DNA of 64,000 nt, taken from contig NIVC01001948.1 of the NCBI GenBank assembly GCA_002269645.1, positions 222,856-286,855 of the forward strand, written 5' to 3'. Below the pieces are notes generated by a model. It searched no databases. It worked only from the letters and a program-made list of their open reading frames with translations, and was not told the DNA's origin. The translations under genes were made by a program, and so were the position numbers. Within the stretch, counting starts at the first letter, position 1, and every line of letters begins with the position of its first letter. The stretch comes from Macrostomum lignano. Lineage: Eukaryota. Shown here piece after piece: positions 40,963 through 53,883 of this stretch.

Positions 40963-43361
40963 TCACCTGTCGGTTTTATCCGCCCCAGTAGCACCAGAAG
41001 AATCCGCCGACACAAGCGCCATAGCGGCAGTATAAACGCTAGTAAAAGAATAGCCTTCAGCTCCGAGCATGTGGCTATCGTCTAGAAAGTACTCAATGTA
41101 CTTTAAATGGCAGAGCAGAGCCGGCTGGCCGGAGGTGGCCACAACGAATGCCAGCACGGGCACCAGATCGTCGGCGCCGATTTCGCCGGCCCCGGCGGCC
41201 GATCGCATCGCCGCTAAGGCGCTGTTCAGAGTGTCCTGCAACAGTTGGCACTTTGCCAAAGGCGTACCAGGCGAGGCGCACAGTCGGCGCAGTAGGTCGC
41301 GCGATTCCGACAACGGCGCTAAATCGGTTGTTAAACTGTCGAATCGTTGACCGACGCCGCACAGTTTAGCAACGGATTCTAACTGAGAGGTGACCTGACA
41401 GTCTGCCTGTTTGTCCCCTGCTACTTCGATCATGACAGCGGCCAGTCTGCTGAGATGAGGCCGCAGTACGATGGCCAGTCGGGCCAGGGCGCACGACTCC
41501 ACCCGGGGGGAGAGCAGGCGGCCAGACAGCAGCGCGGAGCATGCGGCCACCTCGTGACTGGCTAATCCGCCATCGCTGCCGCCGCCGCCGCAGAGAAGAC
41601 AGGCGGCCAGAGCCAGCCGACGCAACAGACGACAGGCGACGCGGCCGACTCTGGCTGAGGAATCGTCGCGATCGGCGTCAAGCAGCAGACTGTCCGTCAG
41701 GCTCAATAGTTCAACGTCGGGAGCCTCGACAGAGTCGGCAGGGGTTGGCGGCGCTACGGACAGCCGATTGGCCAGCCGGTCGGAGAATGCGGCAATAAAA
41801 GCAGCCAGTGGGTGGTCGGGAATGGACAGCACGTACTGCAGGCGGGCAGGCGGCTGGCCGGCGGATTTCTGGTACAGCTGATCCCGGTACAGCACCAGGT
41901 AGTCGAACTCGCTGCACCGGCAGTACAGGGTGCGCAGCTCGGCGGCATCGATGGCCTTTTCCTTGAAGGGGGTGGGGGCACCGAATCTTATCGCCTCTGA
42001 CACTGAATCGTATCGCCTCTGACACCGAATCTGATCGCCTCTGACACCGAATCTGATCGCCTCTGACACTGAATCTTATCGCCTCTGACACCGAATCTTA
42101 TCGCCTCTGACACTGAATCTTATCCCCTCTGACACTGAATCTTATCGCCTCTGACACCGAATCTTATCGCCTCTGACACCGAATCTTATCGCCTCTGACA
42201 CTGAATCTTATCGCCTCTGACACCGAATCTTATCGCCTCTGACAACGAATCTTATCGCCTCTGACACCGAATCTCAGCACACTTGACACCGAATCTTATC
42301 GTCTCTGACACCGAATCTCAGCACACCTGACACCAAATCTTATGACACCTGACACCGAATCTCAGCACACCTGACACCGAATCTGATCACACCTGACACC
42401 GAAGCTCATCACACCTGACACCGAATCTGATCACACCTGGCACCGAATCTCATCACACCTGACACCGAATCTCATCACACCTGACACCGAAGCTCATCAC
42501 ACCTGACACCGAATCTGATCACACCTGACACCGAATCTGATCACACCTGACACCGAATCTCATCACACCTGACACCGAATCTGATCACACCTGACACCGA
42601 ATCTCATCACACCTGACACCGAATCTTATCCTAGCAATAATTATCAAACACTGACTGACACAAAGGAAAATATCACAGAATCCTTAAAGCCAAACCTCAT
42701 CAGACTCCACAGGTCCGTCATTATATTCGAATACCTCCGTATGCAGCTGAAACAGGCGGCTACAGTCGGTCCGTTTAGCCAGCAGATCATCCTGCAGAGC
42801 CTGTTCAAAAGCCGCCTGTTTCGGCTTAGCCAACTGCAAATTCTCTTCTATTCGGCGTTGCAAAGCCAGGTGTAAATTAACCCGGCGTGGGTCACCTTTG
42901 GGCAGGGCGCTGGTCCTAGCCAGATGGGCGCTGTAGAGCCGCCTGTTCAGCTCCATCGCTTCTTGCATGGGGGATTTACGCGGACCAAGATAGGCTGGAG
43001 CTGGAGGAAGTGGAGAAGAGGCAGTACCCGCAAGCTGCGCCGGAGTCTGGGCCGCTGCTTGATGAGGCGGCGGCTTACCCGGTTGCTGGGGTGTCCGATT
43101 ACCAGGAGGGGCGGCATTTAATAACGCGTCGCTTCGTTCTAAACACAATTTCATCAATCGCATCAACTTCCGCTGCTCATCCAACTGTTGAGCTGATAAT
43201 TGAGCAACTGGGACAGCCTGAGAGGCGGCAGCAGCAGCTGAAGCAACAGCCGCAGCCAGGACCTGCTGCATGCAGGCTAAATAAGGGAAATAGCATCGTT
43301 CGCTTTGGCCTTGTTCGTCCTGACGGAGAACGTCTAGGACTGCCGTCACGGCCGTCTGTGA
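40963..43361 (-). CDS. VPS9D1: VPS9 domain-containing protein 1-like (Rab GEF); no ATG at the 5' end of the conserved frame
   Basis: Exons: about 43361-42696 and 41961-40963 (phase 0). N-terminal LMKLCLER and LQRRIEENLQLAK resemble VPS9D1 LKLAQQCLER and LQRQMMENLVIAK; VPS9 core IGADDLVPVLAFVV..GAEGYSFTS. The ORF-track M at 43349 is GTG; there is an in-frame TAA just upstream of the CTGCAG acceptor. Confidence 0.85.
41980..42630 (+). repeat. 22-bp minisatellite (CTCTGACACCGAATCTTATCGC grading into CACACCTGACACCGAATCTCAT) filling the VPS9D1 intron
   Basis: About 30 units with a polar variant gradient. Confidence 0.94.
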
Positions 43362-43477
43362 CTGCAGCGGAATTTTTTAATCAAATCAAAATTTGCGGTA
43401 TAATAAGTTATTCTTTTACGCCAATAATAGTTCCAATCCAAAGAGCACTGCATCTTGAGAACCTTTCCGGGAGTCAA

Positions 43478-44430
43478 TCATCTAGATAAACTTTCCTAGA
43501 AACCGTTATGTAGATAAACTTTCCTAGAATCTGTCATCTGGAGAACTTTTCCTAGAATCAGTCATCTAGAGACCTTTTCCTAGAATCAGTCATCTGGAGA
43601 ACTTTTCCTAGAATCAGTCATCTGGAGAACTTTTCCTAGAATCAGTCATCTAGAGACCTTTTCCTAGAATCTGTCATCTAGAGACCTTTTCCTAGAATCT
43701 GTCATCTAGAGAATCTTTCCTAGAATCAGTCATCTAGAGAACTTTTCCTAGAATCTGTCATCTAGAGAACTTTTCCTAGAATCTGTCATCTGGAGAACTT
43801 TTCCTAGAATCAGTCATCTAGAGACCTTTTCCTAGAATCTGTCATCTAGAGACCTTTTCCTAGAATCTGTCATCTAGAGAACTTTTCCTAGAATCTGTCA
43901 TCTGGAGAACTTTTCCTAGAATCAGTCATCTAGAGACCTTTTCCTAGAATCTGTCATCTAGAGACCTTTTCCTAGAATCTGTCATCTAGAGACCTTTTCC
44001 TAGAATCTGTCATCTAGAGACCTTTTCCTAGAATCTGTCATCTAGAGAATCTTTCCTAGAATCAGTCATCTAGAGAACTTTTCCTAGAATCTGTCATCTA
44101 GAGAATCTTTCCTAGAATCAGTCATCTAGAGACCTTTTCCTAGAATCAATTATCTAGAGAATTCTTTCTTAGAATCAATCATCTAGAGAATTCTTTCCTA
44201 GAATCCATCATCTAGAACTTTTCCTAGAATCCATCATCTAGAGAATTCTTTCCTAGAATCAATAATCTAGAGAACCTTTCCTAGAATCCATCATCTAGAA
44301 CTTTTCCTAGAATCCACCATCTAGAGAATTCTTTCCTAGAATCAGTAATCTAAAGAACTTTTCCTAGAATCAATCATCTAGAAAATCATTCCAAGAATCT
44401 GTCATCTATACAACCATTCCTAGAATCAAT
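43478..44430 (+). repeat. 28-bp minisatellite (TTTTCCTAGAATCAGTCATCTAGAGAAC) between RPL13 and VPS9D1
   Basis: About 33 units. Confidence 0.93.
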
Positions 44431-44662
44431 AAAGAACATTTCTCAGAATTCCTAGAAAAAACATTTTAGAAACTTTCGTATTTCCGCATAACAGAAAAAA
44501 AAACAAGAAAGACTTGAAATTTTTAATCCATCAATCAAATTGGGCACGCGCAAGTGTATTTAACGGTGTCAATTTTATTCAAGTTGTTAGTTAAGCTTTT
44601 AACGCACAAAGTGAGAAACAGCCACCATTAGATCAGCTATATAGCTCAGCTCAGTTAACTCA

Positions 44663-45286
44663 TCACTTCTTCTCCTTCTCAGCCTGCTCGGCTTTCTTCT
44701 TGCGCAGTCCGTCGAGCCGCTTGTTCGCCCGAGCCTGTCGGATAGCGTGGAAGGCGTGGAACTTCTTGTCGTCCTCCGATTGGACGCGAGCCTTCACGCG
44801 GCGCAGTCGGCGGCCCGGAGCCACCACAGGCGGCAGCGGACGCTGTACAACAGAACGGAGCTCCTCCTCCGAAGCTTCGCCAGCCTTCGGCGCCTTGGGA
44901 TTCTTCGGGAATAGGATCAGCTTGCCGCGGTAGGCCTTCAATCGCTGGGCATTGCGCTGCAGACTCTCGGCTGAGCGATTCTTGCGCCGATGATCAACGG
45001 CGATGCCGATGGTTTGGGCGAGTCGGCGATTGATGCCGGCGGCCTTGAGCTCGTCCAGGCTGAAGCCGCGGCCGGGGCGGACACGCATGTTGTACCTGAT
45101 GGTCTGGCAGCGGACCACCGGGCGAAGAGGCCCGTTCACTGGCCGGGGCGCTATAAGGCGCGCCTTCTCGACGCGAGCTTTACGACGGCGCTCCTTGCGA
45201 GCGGGCTGGTTGAACCAGGTGCGAACAAAGCGCTGCCAGTCCTTGTGGAAGTGGGCATTCGGTATGATGTTCTTGCGCTTCACCAT
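44663..45286 (-). CDS. RPL13: 60S ribosomal protein L13 (eL13), 207 aa, intronless CDS
   Basis: [62 protein letters not shown] acceptor 11 nt before the ATG; AATAAA on the minus strand at about 44573-44578. Confidence 0.97.
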   Translation of the reverse strand: MVKRKNIIPNAHFHKDWQRFVRTWFNQPARKERRRKARVEKARLIAPRPVNGPLRPVVRCQTIRYNMRVRPGRGFSLDELKAAGINRRLAQTIGIAVDHRRKNRSAESLQRNAQRLKAYRGKLILFPKNPKAPKAGEASEEELRSVVQRPLPPVVAPGRRLRRVKARVQSEDDKKFHAFHAIRQARANKRLDGLRKKKAEQAEKEKK

Positions 45287-45968
45287 GGCGACCGGAACTG
45301 CATGCAAATCTGCAATTGCAAAAGTCAAACTTTGTTATTACTATGAGTAGGTTGACTGGATTATTTGTTTTTTTATTGAAGAAGTTAGATCTAAACTATT
45401 AGTTAGAGGACTCAAATGGGGACCTTTGACCAACATTTCTGAGCTAAAGGATATTGATGCTATTCAAACAAATTTCTACAAATACCTTTTCAACCTACCG
45501 AAGCATCTTTTTAGCAATAGTATTATTTAAGCTGAACTCAGCATCTTGCCAATTTCCTACACCAGATCCATAAAGCCTTTTAAATTTATTTAGTTAAAAC
45601 TAAGACACAAAAACACTATCAACACCCCCATTGAACTCTGAAGCAAACACAAGCTCACAAAATCTATGGAAAACTAATAATGTAACTAAAATACTACATG
45701 GCATCAATTTGGAATGCATGACCACAATGAACCCAGACAAAAAATCTCTGTTTTACATTACCTTCCCACTCCCAAATCTTATATACATGCCAGAAAATTC
45801 CAACATATAACAGATAAATTTTACTATATGAATGATATATAGCTGATACAACTGCATAATCTTGTAGTTGACAATAATAATTGTGAGTGGCTGTGGCACT
45901 AAAATGAGTGCCTGCGGCACTAAAATGGGACCTGCAATGCCAATCTATGACATTGTTTTATTAATTAC

Positions 45969-46170
45969 CTTATTTTATATAAAAAATGATCAAATTTTGC
46001 AATTGATTTGTTTGAGGCGGAAGGCCTTTTAGTTCGATAGATGGTATGGCAGCGAAGAGTTTGTGCTGCTTTGCGCGTGTATTTATATATTTACAAACAA
46101 CGCCAGATTGAGGGGCCAAGCCAAGGGAGGTGCGAAACAGGTGGCGTGGCGTGATTGGCTATGCCAACCC
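45969..46170 (-). promoter_or_regulatory. Possible RPL13 promoter / non-coding first exon
   Basis: Pyrimidine-rich CTCTTCGC start near 46060, CCAAT-box-like ATTGG near 46156, AG|GTAATT donor at 45968. Tentative. Confidence 0.3.
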
Positions 46171-46846
46171 CCCCGGCTTAGCGAGCCGGCTAGCTTGGCG
46201 CGTACCCACCCCACCTCAGCTATAGACATAGGCGGGGGGGGGGGTTTCCAGTGCGGCTGCACTGGTGCTGCCGGTCGCGTAGTCTGGCCGCCACATGTTA
46301 CTAATATTACTGCATGCCATAGGTTAAATGTTCTAATGCAAATATTCCATGCAAATGCGTCATCCATATGCATACTTAACTCTAATTCTAACCCATAGAC
46401 ATCTGTGTGTTGATGAATCTTGAGTATTTGTGTTATGCAACCATATATGCATCTACATAGGTTATTCATCCTAGCAAAATGCATCAGGAACAAGAACTAC
46501 TATAGTCCTTATGGAGTCATGAAAATTAGTGAACTGTGTCCACAAGTTCCCACTCCTCTACCCTGCTATGTGTAGTCAACCAAAGCTAATCCCCTATAAC
46601 AAGTCTTGATATCTAATAATGCTCTTGGAGAATATCATGCACAATTCACATGCATCATACCATATTGTATAATGAATTTCACTCTGTCATGCTTAATACT
46701 AGGCTTCTGTAAGCTGGTCTAAAAGGAAGCAATACCTATCAAAGAAATGGCAAAATGATATATGTTCTATTTCTATGACATATATTATTCTATAATTCAA
46801 ATCCAAAAAGAAATATTGTGTATATCTATCATACTTATCAGTCATT

Positions 46847-47725
46847 AGTATAGCATTTTGCAGTCAAGCCTGAACCGCGGGCATTCAAATTAGACGCTTG
46901 ACCAGATCTCACTGCTGGCACAAATGCTATCTATGGCCTAGACAAAATCACACTGGTGGGCACTCAATTTAGACAAGGGGCATTCAAATTAGACAAGTTC
47001 TCAGGCGCATTGGCTGGGCAATTCAAGATCGTGTTGCATCTGTTGTCAGACAACCATTCTGTGAACCCTGAACTATGAAGATAAGAACAAGTTATAACAA
47101 AGTAAGCATGTGTGAACAAACAAAACAGGGTGCTCAGCACATCAATGAACAAGAGTCTCACAAGAGTCTCATCTGATAGAGAATTCAAACGATGTCTTCA
47201 TTTGCCAGACAGCGTGGGATGAAGCGGAGCGTGTGCTGATACCAGTGAACGCACTTCAGTGTAGTCACGTCATCCATCGCGATTTCCCCGCACCTCTGCA
47301 GCACCATCAGTCTCCATTGAATGGCAGTCATGTCAGGAGGCGGAACAGCCAATTCTCTCTGAACTTCAGGATTGGACAGCTGCCTCTTGACTGCTGATTT
47401 AAAGGCACTGTGAGCCAGTTCAACTGGGTTCAGGAAAGGAGAGTAAGGTGGTAAGATCTTCAGTTCAATTCGACCAACCCACTCCTCCGGGATTTGCAAT
47501 CCGTCGTGGATTGTCCATGGTCTTTCTCTCTGGCACACATAGACTTTCCGCTGCTTGTCTAATTTGAATGCCCATTGTCTAAATTGAGTGCCCGTCAGTG
47601 TGTTTCAGTTTGTGCCACAGACATAAAGTTCTGCTTGACTTGGGGATGGATTCTGAAATTTGGCTCTTCCCTTCTTGTCTAATTTGAATGCCCGCAGTTC
47701 AAACTTGACTACAAAATGCTATACT
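46847..47725 (-). mobile_element. Internally deleted Tc1/IS630-mariner element with IR-DR ends and a C-terminal transposase fragment
   Basis: ~49-bp TIRs (AGTATAGCATTTTG(C/T)AGTCAAG..GGGCATTCAAATTAGAC) with three symmetric GGGCA(T/C)TCAA(A/T)TTAGAC repeats per end. ORF 47185-47538 has LPPYSPFLNPVE (third catalytic residue region). TA TSD not cleanly resolved. Confidence 0.88.
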
Positions 47726-48767
47726 TAGTGAGTTGCAAGATTTAGATTTGACTAAGCTTGAAAAGAAGACTTTTGACTCTTTATAATCAATTATTCTTTA
47801 CATGTATAATATTTGTTTTAGGAGTATATTATAATATATGTTTTTTCTTTGTGTTTGCAATGTTTTAATTGCAATTTTTAGTGGCAGCATAGGGCAAGAA
47901 CAAATGTCATTTTAGGCTAGTGAAGCATTGTTTAGATTGCTATTTTATAGAAGTTTAAACAGAATCCAAAATCTTAAAATAATCAAGATGGCATAATTTA
48001 TTATTGAAGTTTCATACTTTTCATTTTTATCATTTTCATTTAGAAATAAAAAAACAAATTTTGATTAAATTGTTTGTGTGGTATAACTTGAAAAATTATT
48101 GAAAACATTTTATATTTTTTGTAATTTTCTAATAAATAAACAAAGCACCTTTGCTCGTATTTGAATTTATCATCAAATGTAAACCAAAAGTAAGTATAGG
48201 CCCTAACATTTTCACTTTTATCAATAAATAAACCTAAAATAAAAAACTATTTTAAGAAATCTAGTCATTTCTAGAAATTGAATTAGAAATGGAATGTATT
48301 ATAACAATTGATTATGACTATTCATATTTTATAAGTCAGAAATGTTATTATTGATCAAACATTATAATATATACTTAGAAAGTTAGTAAAGTAACCATTG
48401 ATCAAACATTGTATACTTGGGAAATCAGTAAATTAACCATTGATATATCAAACATTGTATACTTGGGAAGTTAGTAAAGTAACCATTAATAAAACATTGC
48501 ATATTGGGAAAATCAATAAAGTAGGCCTAACTATAAAAAACATGACATACTTTCTAAAACAACTATATATCCATTAGAATAAAACATGGAGACTTTTAAA
48601 ATAGGCCTATTCCTACAACTTACATGGTAAACTTGGCAAATATATGTATTATTACTTGCAATTAAAGACCAATGTCTATTTTCCAAGTACTTTCCAAGTT
48701 AGTAATGCTTTTTCTAGGTATTAACTAGGCCTAATAACTAGGCTTACCCTATCAAGTTAGTCATCTC

Positions 48768-49466
48768 CAATGGCGGATCCATAGAAGGGGAGGTTGCCTC
48801 CCCCTTTTGCCATGGCTAAACTTGCATATAAGGGGGGAGTATTGCACTTTTTGGCTTATTTAGAGTTAGGCCAATCTACCCAGGATTGCCACTCCCCTAG
48901 GAATTACAATCACTTTGGCAACAAGTCACTTTGGCAACAGTCACTTTGGTGACAAGTCACTTCAGCGACAGTCATTTTGGTAACACATTTGGATCACTTT
49001 GGCAACAATTAATAACAGCTAAAGGACATATTTTTTGCCAATGAAACTTCACAATTAAAAAGTATGATTTATCCTGCCCCCTCCACGCCTCATGCCACCT
49101 TTCTTATCCCTATTCTAATCTAATTAGTTAACATACGAGTACATAGTAGGCCTAATGCATGCACATTTACAATCCCCCCACTAGAGCTTATATTAAACCG
49201 CCTTCTACTTATTAAATTGAAAATAAATATACCTAGCTAAATACCTAAATATATATAAATATAAACTTGTATTGCTTTTTTATTCATGCAGTTTCATTGG
49301 CAAAAATTATTGTATTATAAATACATTTTTAGCTATTATTAATTGTTGCCAAATTGATCCAAATGTGTTGCAAAAATGACTGTCGCCAAAGTGACCTATT
49401 GCCAAAATGATCAGTGACCTCTCCTGGGAGCCTAGGCCTACTTTAAAAATCCTGGATCTGTTACAG
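48768..49466. mobile_element. Degenerate hAT-type non-autonomous element carrying a nested MITE
   Basis: Ends CAATGGCGGATCCA / TGGATCTGTTACAG; 8-bp TSD GTCATCTC / GTCATTTC (7/8). Confidence 0.6.
48900..49424. mobile_element. Long-TIR MITE (GTCACTTTGGCAACA subrepeats) nested in the hAT element
   Basis: About 150-bp inverted arms (..CACATTTGGATCACTTTGGCAACAATTAATAA..TTGCCAATGAAACT and its reverse complement). Superfamily unassigned. Confidence 0.75.
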
Positions 49467-49662
49467 GTCATTTCAAGGTTTTTTTTGCTGAAAAATTTAG
49501 TTTTTTGTGGCCACAGGGGGGGGTTAGTTAATTGGCAGTTGATGAAATGATCATAGGCAAAAATAAAAAATTTAAAAAAATGAGCTCTAGCCTCTAAGTA
49601 CAACTTACAAGTCTAATATCAGGCCTAGACTTGTAAAACACATTTATAAATCAACCTACAAA

Positions 49663-50163
49663 GGCTGCTGGCATAACTATGGTTTTGTTCGTTATATTAT
49701 TTTATTTAAAAAAGCAAAAAGTTCTTAGAGATTACGACAAACTGTACTCGGAGAAGTTCAGAAAAGATGACCCACCACCAAAAAAGTTCAAATTAGAGTT
49801 CGAAGTCACGAGAAAGATAATTAGAGGGGATAATAATGTGACACCCAGTAGAGAAAGTTGCCAAACACATTCTGTGGATATAGACGGCGCCACAGAAATT
49901 CCTGCAGATGAGTTTCGAATAGACCATCACTCGTCCCGTACATGTTGCAAAACTTCGCCTTGCAATGTGCACCCACGTTCCCTCGATAATGTTCGTATGA
50001 ACCTTTGGGTCCTGGGGGTCCACAAAATGGAGCCGGTGGTTTACAGACGCGTGGAATGATTGTCGTAGGAGCCGGTGGTCGTCCAGCCATTTCTTCGTAC
50101 GCTGGAACAAATTTGAAACAAGAAATAATATAACGAACGAAACCATAGTTATGCCAGGCTGCC
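49663..50163 (-). mobile_element. Internally deleted Merlin/IS1595 (ISXO2-type) DNA transposon
   Basis: ~40-bp TIRs GGC(T/A)G(C)CTGGCATAACTATGGTTT(T/C)GTTCGTTATATTATTT. Frameshifted transposase C-terminus VNHRLHFVDP..VHTNIIEGTW / HCKAKF..LQEFLWRR. No TSD found. Confidence 0.85.
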
Positions 50164-53100
50164 TAGTACCTACTAGGCCTACTATTAGAAAGGGACATAA
50201 TCATTGTCCAAACTGGCATCATTATAATATGCCGTGTTTTCTAGGTCAAATTTGTAGACAAGACATTGACAAGACACTGACTGTCTGACTTGAACTAGCC
50301 TAGAACTAGTGAAGGCTCTGTTGCCCTCGCAATGAGTCCTCATCAGATTCAGCAACATACTGAATAACATGGATAGGCCTACTAAAATTAAACTAGAAAA
50401 CTTGCAAACGAAAGAGGTCCTTAAAACGTTCTAAGGACTAGGCCTAACCAATTTCAATTTCAAACTTATACTAAGACAGGCAATGATTAGTCTGCTTTAA
50501 GCTAGACGTGTAGAAACATGAAATCTTGCTTGGCCTATAAATGATTTAAAATTGTTACAATGTATAACAAACCAAAATTCTCTATAATTAAGCAACGTCA
50601 GTTGGTAAAAGGCATTATGTGTTTTTACTTATTTAAAAATATTCTTTCATTAAAGTCTACTAATATTGTAATTACAGTTTTTAAAATAACGAAAAGTCTG
50701 TTGAAATATTTCAAGAAAAAAATACTAATGCTATAGCAAGCAACTTTGCAAGCCTCTCACGTAAGGCGGGCGGTCGGGAGTCGGGACTAACAATAGCTGG
50801 CTATGCCACTATGCTAGCCTGCTTAAAGATAAACATCGAATACTAAACTTTGTCTTATACTAAGTTACTAAGTTTTTACATATTTTGCCGTTAGATAAGT
50901 TCTCAGTCTAAGCCCTAAAAGGGAGACTAAGGTCTACTATCTGATGATCTAAATATTTGATAATTAGGCTTAAGTCAGAAATTTTAGGTCTTTATATTTT
51001 ATTAGGCCTCATTGGCCCCCTAGGCCAAACTTTAAAGTTCACTAATAAAAGATAAAAAATAATTGTTTCATCTTAGACTTAGGCCTAGTTAGAATTAGAT
51101 TAGAATTATAGGCCTATATAAAATTAAAATAGGCCTATAAAAATAGGCCTAGGGGGACTACTATTAGAAAAAAGCAAAGAATATTTCATATTTGCATTTC
51201 ATAGGCCCTTATGATACTTTTTTGTATTATGTAGGCCTAAAGATGCATTATGTAAAGAAGTATCTATTTTCCATGCCATGCCTTACCTTTATATCATAGA
51301 TATATTAGGCCTAGGCCTAGCCTATAGAATTAAGCAACTTCTAGCTAGCTAGGGCCTATTGGCTTAGCCAATAATAAAATTTATTAGCTACTAGCTATTA
51401 GCTATTAGTTTACTAGCTAGCCTAATTTAAGCTGTCTACTAGGCCCTAGCATCTAGAATTTTATTGTTTCCCCTTGACTTTACACTTACATGGTTATACA
51501 AATTAAATCAAGTAGGGCCTAATTATCTTGCTAGTTCGATGCAATAAGCTTTTTATTAGTTGGCTATAAATCTTTTGATATAATCAAATTTAAATTAGCT
51601 ATGAAGTTTCTCACTATATGCAATTAAATTAGGCTTAGTAATAGTTAGTTGGATACAAATGCATTAAAAAAGCCTATTTAAAACAGTTTTCAAATATTTA
51701 ATCCCACTTAGCAATGAGCTAGAACTTAATAAAAATATATTTATCAATTATCATCTTGGGCACATTTGATATGTTTTGGGGAAGAAATTATAAAAATCAA
51801 CTAAAAGCCTTTTAGGAGATTATCATTTGTATATAAGCAAGCAAACATATATAAACTTTTTATTTTTAGTATATTTCTTGCTCTTAGGCAATTTACTGCT
51901 CTAAGGAAATCTTCTTTAGACTATTAAGTAATTTTGACTTTCAATGGGTTTTAATTCTCCCAATGTTGGGGTCTCTTATAAAAAAATAAAAGAAATAAAC
52001 TGGATAACAAACTTGATTAGTAAGCCTATCTTTCCAAATTGGAAGTTGATTATAAATGTTTACAAGCAGTTAGAAATACCAAGTTGTTGCTCTTTTAGTT
52101 TTTAGGCTTTTATTTATATTGGCTGTAAAGTCAGTTTCATACCATTATATAGGCCCTACCATTAGAACAAATTTATTTATAAAATATTTTTTGGAAACAC
52201 TAATTCAATGAAAATTAAGGTTAAGCTTTAAATGCAGTATTTTTAAAAAAAAGAATAAGTTTTGAAGAAGAATATACAAGAAAAGAATAAGCCCTATACT
52301 AGGTCTATATAATGAATGCTATATTACTAAGCCTATAAAAAGAGCACTATGTCACTAGCATATTCAAAAGAAAATAATTATTAATTTTTAGTATATGGAT
52401 TAATTGATCAATATTACTAAATTAAACAAGCGAACTAGATATACAAATTATTTTCTTGTAAGTATATTTCAAGTATTTTAAGTATATACTTCAAAAAATA
52501 ACTTTAGGACTTAAAGACTAATTTGAGCTTTTAATTTCATTGACTAGTAAAAAGTAAATCAATAAAAATAACTAGGTAAGTAGATGTTGTTAGTGGTATT
52601 ACAAACCTTTTAAAAGGAACTTTAAGTCATAGGTTAGAAAGATTTTCAATGCTTTATATTATGAATAAGATGAATATGATTGGGATAATAAGGTTAAGTA
52701 TAGATATAAAAGGTTTTATTTGAACACATGAATATACCATAAATAAATAATATATTATAAATGAGTTTTAAGTAAACTTTTGCTTTAATTCTTTATTTTC
52801 TCATTATATTTTATTAAGTGATAGAAGAACCATTGCTATTGGAATTAATATCAATTTAAAGTTTAAGGAAGTTATAGGAAATTAAGTAGCTATAGATATT
52901 GATTGATATAAATAAACTATGGGAAAAATTAGTGCTACCACTATAGATACAAATATAGGCAATTGTCGGTTATAGTAGAACTCTAAGAATTAATATATTG
53001 TAATTACATAATCAATAATATAATCTGGATTAATATAAAAATATATATATCTTCCTAATAATCATAATATACTACCTAAATGATAAAATAGTAGTCAAAG

Positions 53101-53883
53101 TTCTTAAACATATAAGTGTATACAATATTATTGTCCTGTATATTATAGGCCCTATTATTTAACCTTTCAGTAATAATATATTTTTAGTATGGCTTAGTTA
53201 TAAACCAAATATATTTTTATAAAATGAATTATTTATATTAGATGACCTTGTTTGTTCATTATATGCTCAAAGTACCTTGATAGCATTGGCATAGTTATGA
53301 TGTATGATAATTAAAATTTAAACCTCCAAGTAATTGATATGCTTGCATTAGTTGGCATTGGTAATCCCTAAGTATGTCTATGTTATTTAGTATTCCTCAT
53401 TTGTATTATAACATGGAATATCTAAAAGAGCAGATTGAGCAAATTGCCTAATAAAATGATTATTTATGCAATAGTGCTTCATCTCACATGCCAGAAACAC
53501 AATTTAACATAATTTCAAGTGTTTATCTTATTGAGAGAAATCCCTACCTAAAAAATTTTATCTAAAGGTTTTGAAATTTGAGATTTTTATTTTTCTATTT
53601 TGATTGGATTTTTTAAATAAAAGTAAGCCTTTTTGTCAACTGAAATGTTAAATGTAGTAAAATGTTAAGTTAGCCATGCATGCACCTGTAAAGTAAAACT
53701 CAATTGAAGCATTCTGGTAGGGATTTGTTAGTCAGACAAGTGCTTAGATTTTTGTCTGATGTGTTTTAGACATAGGATGAAGCACTTTGTAGTTCGCATA
53801 ACCATTGTATTTGAATTTTTTTGGTCAATCCGCACTTCTAGATGCACCATAGTTGCTATTTTAATCTCTGAACTCCCGCAGAC

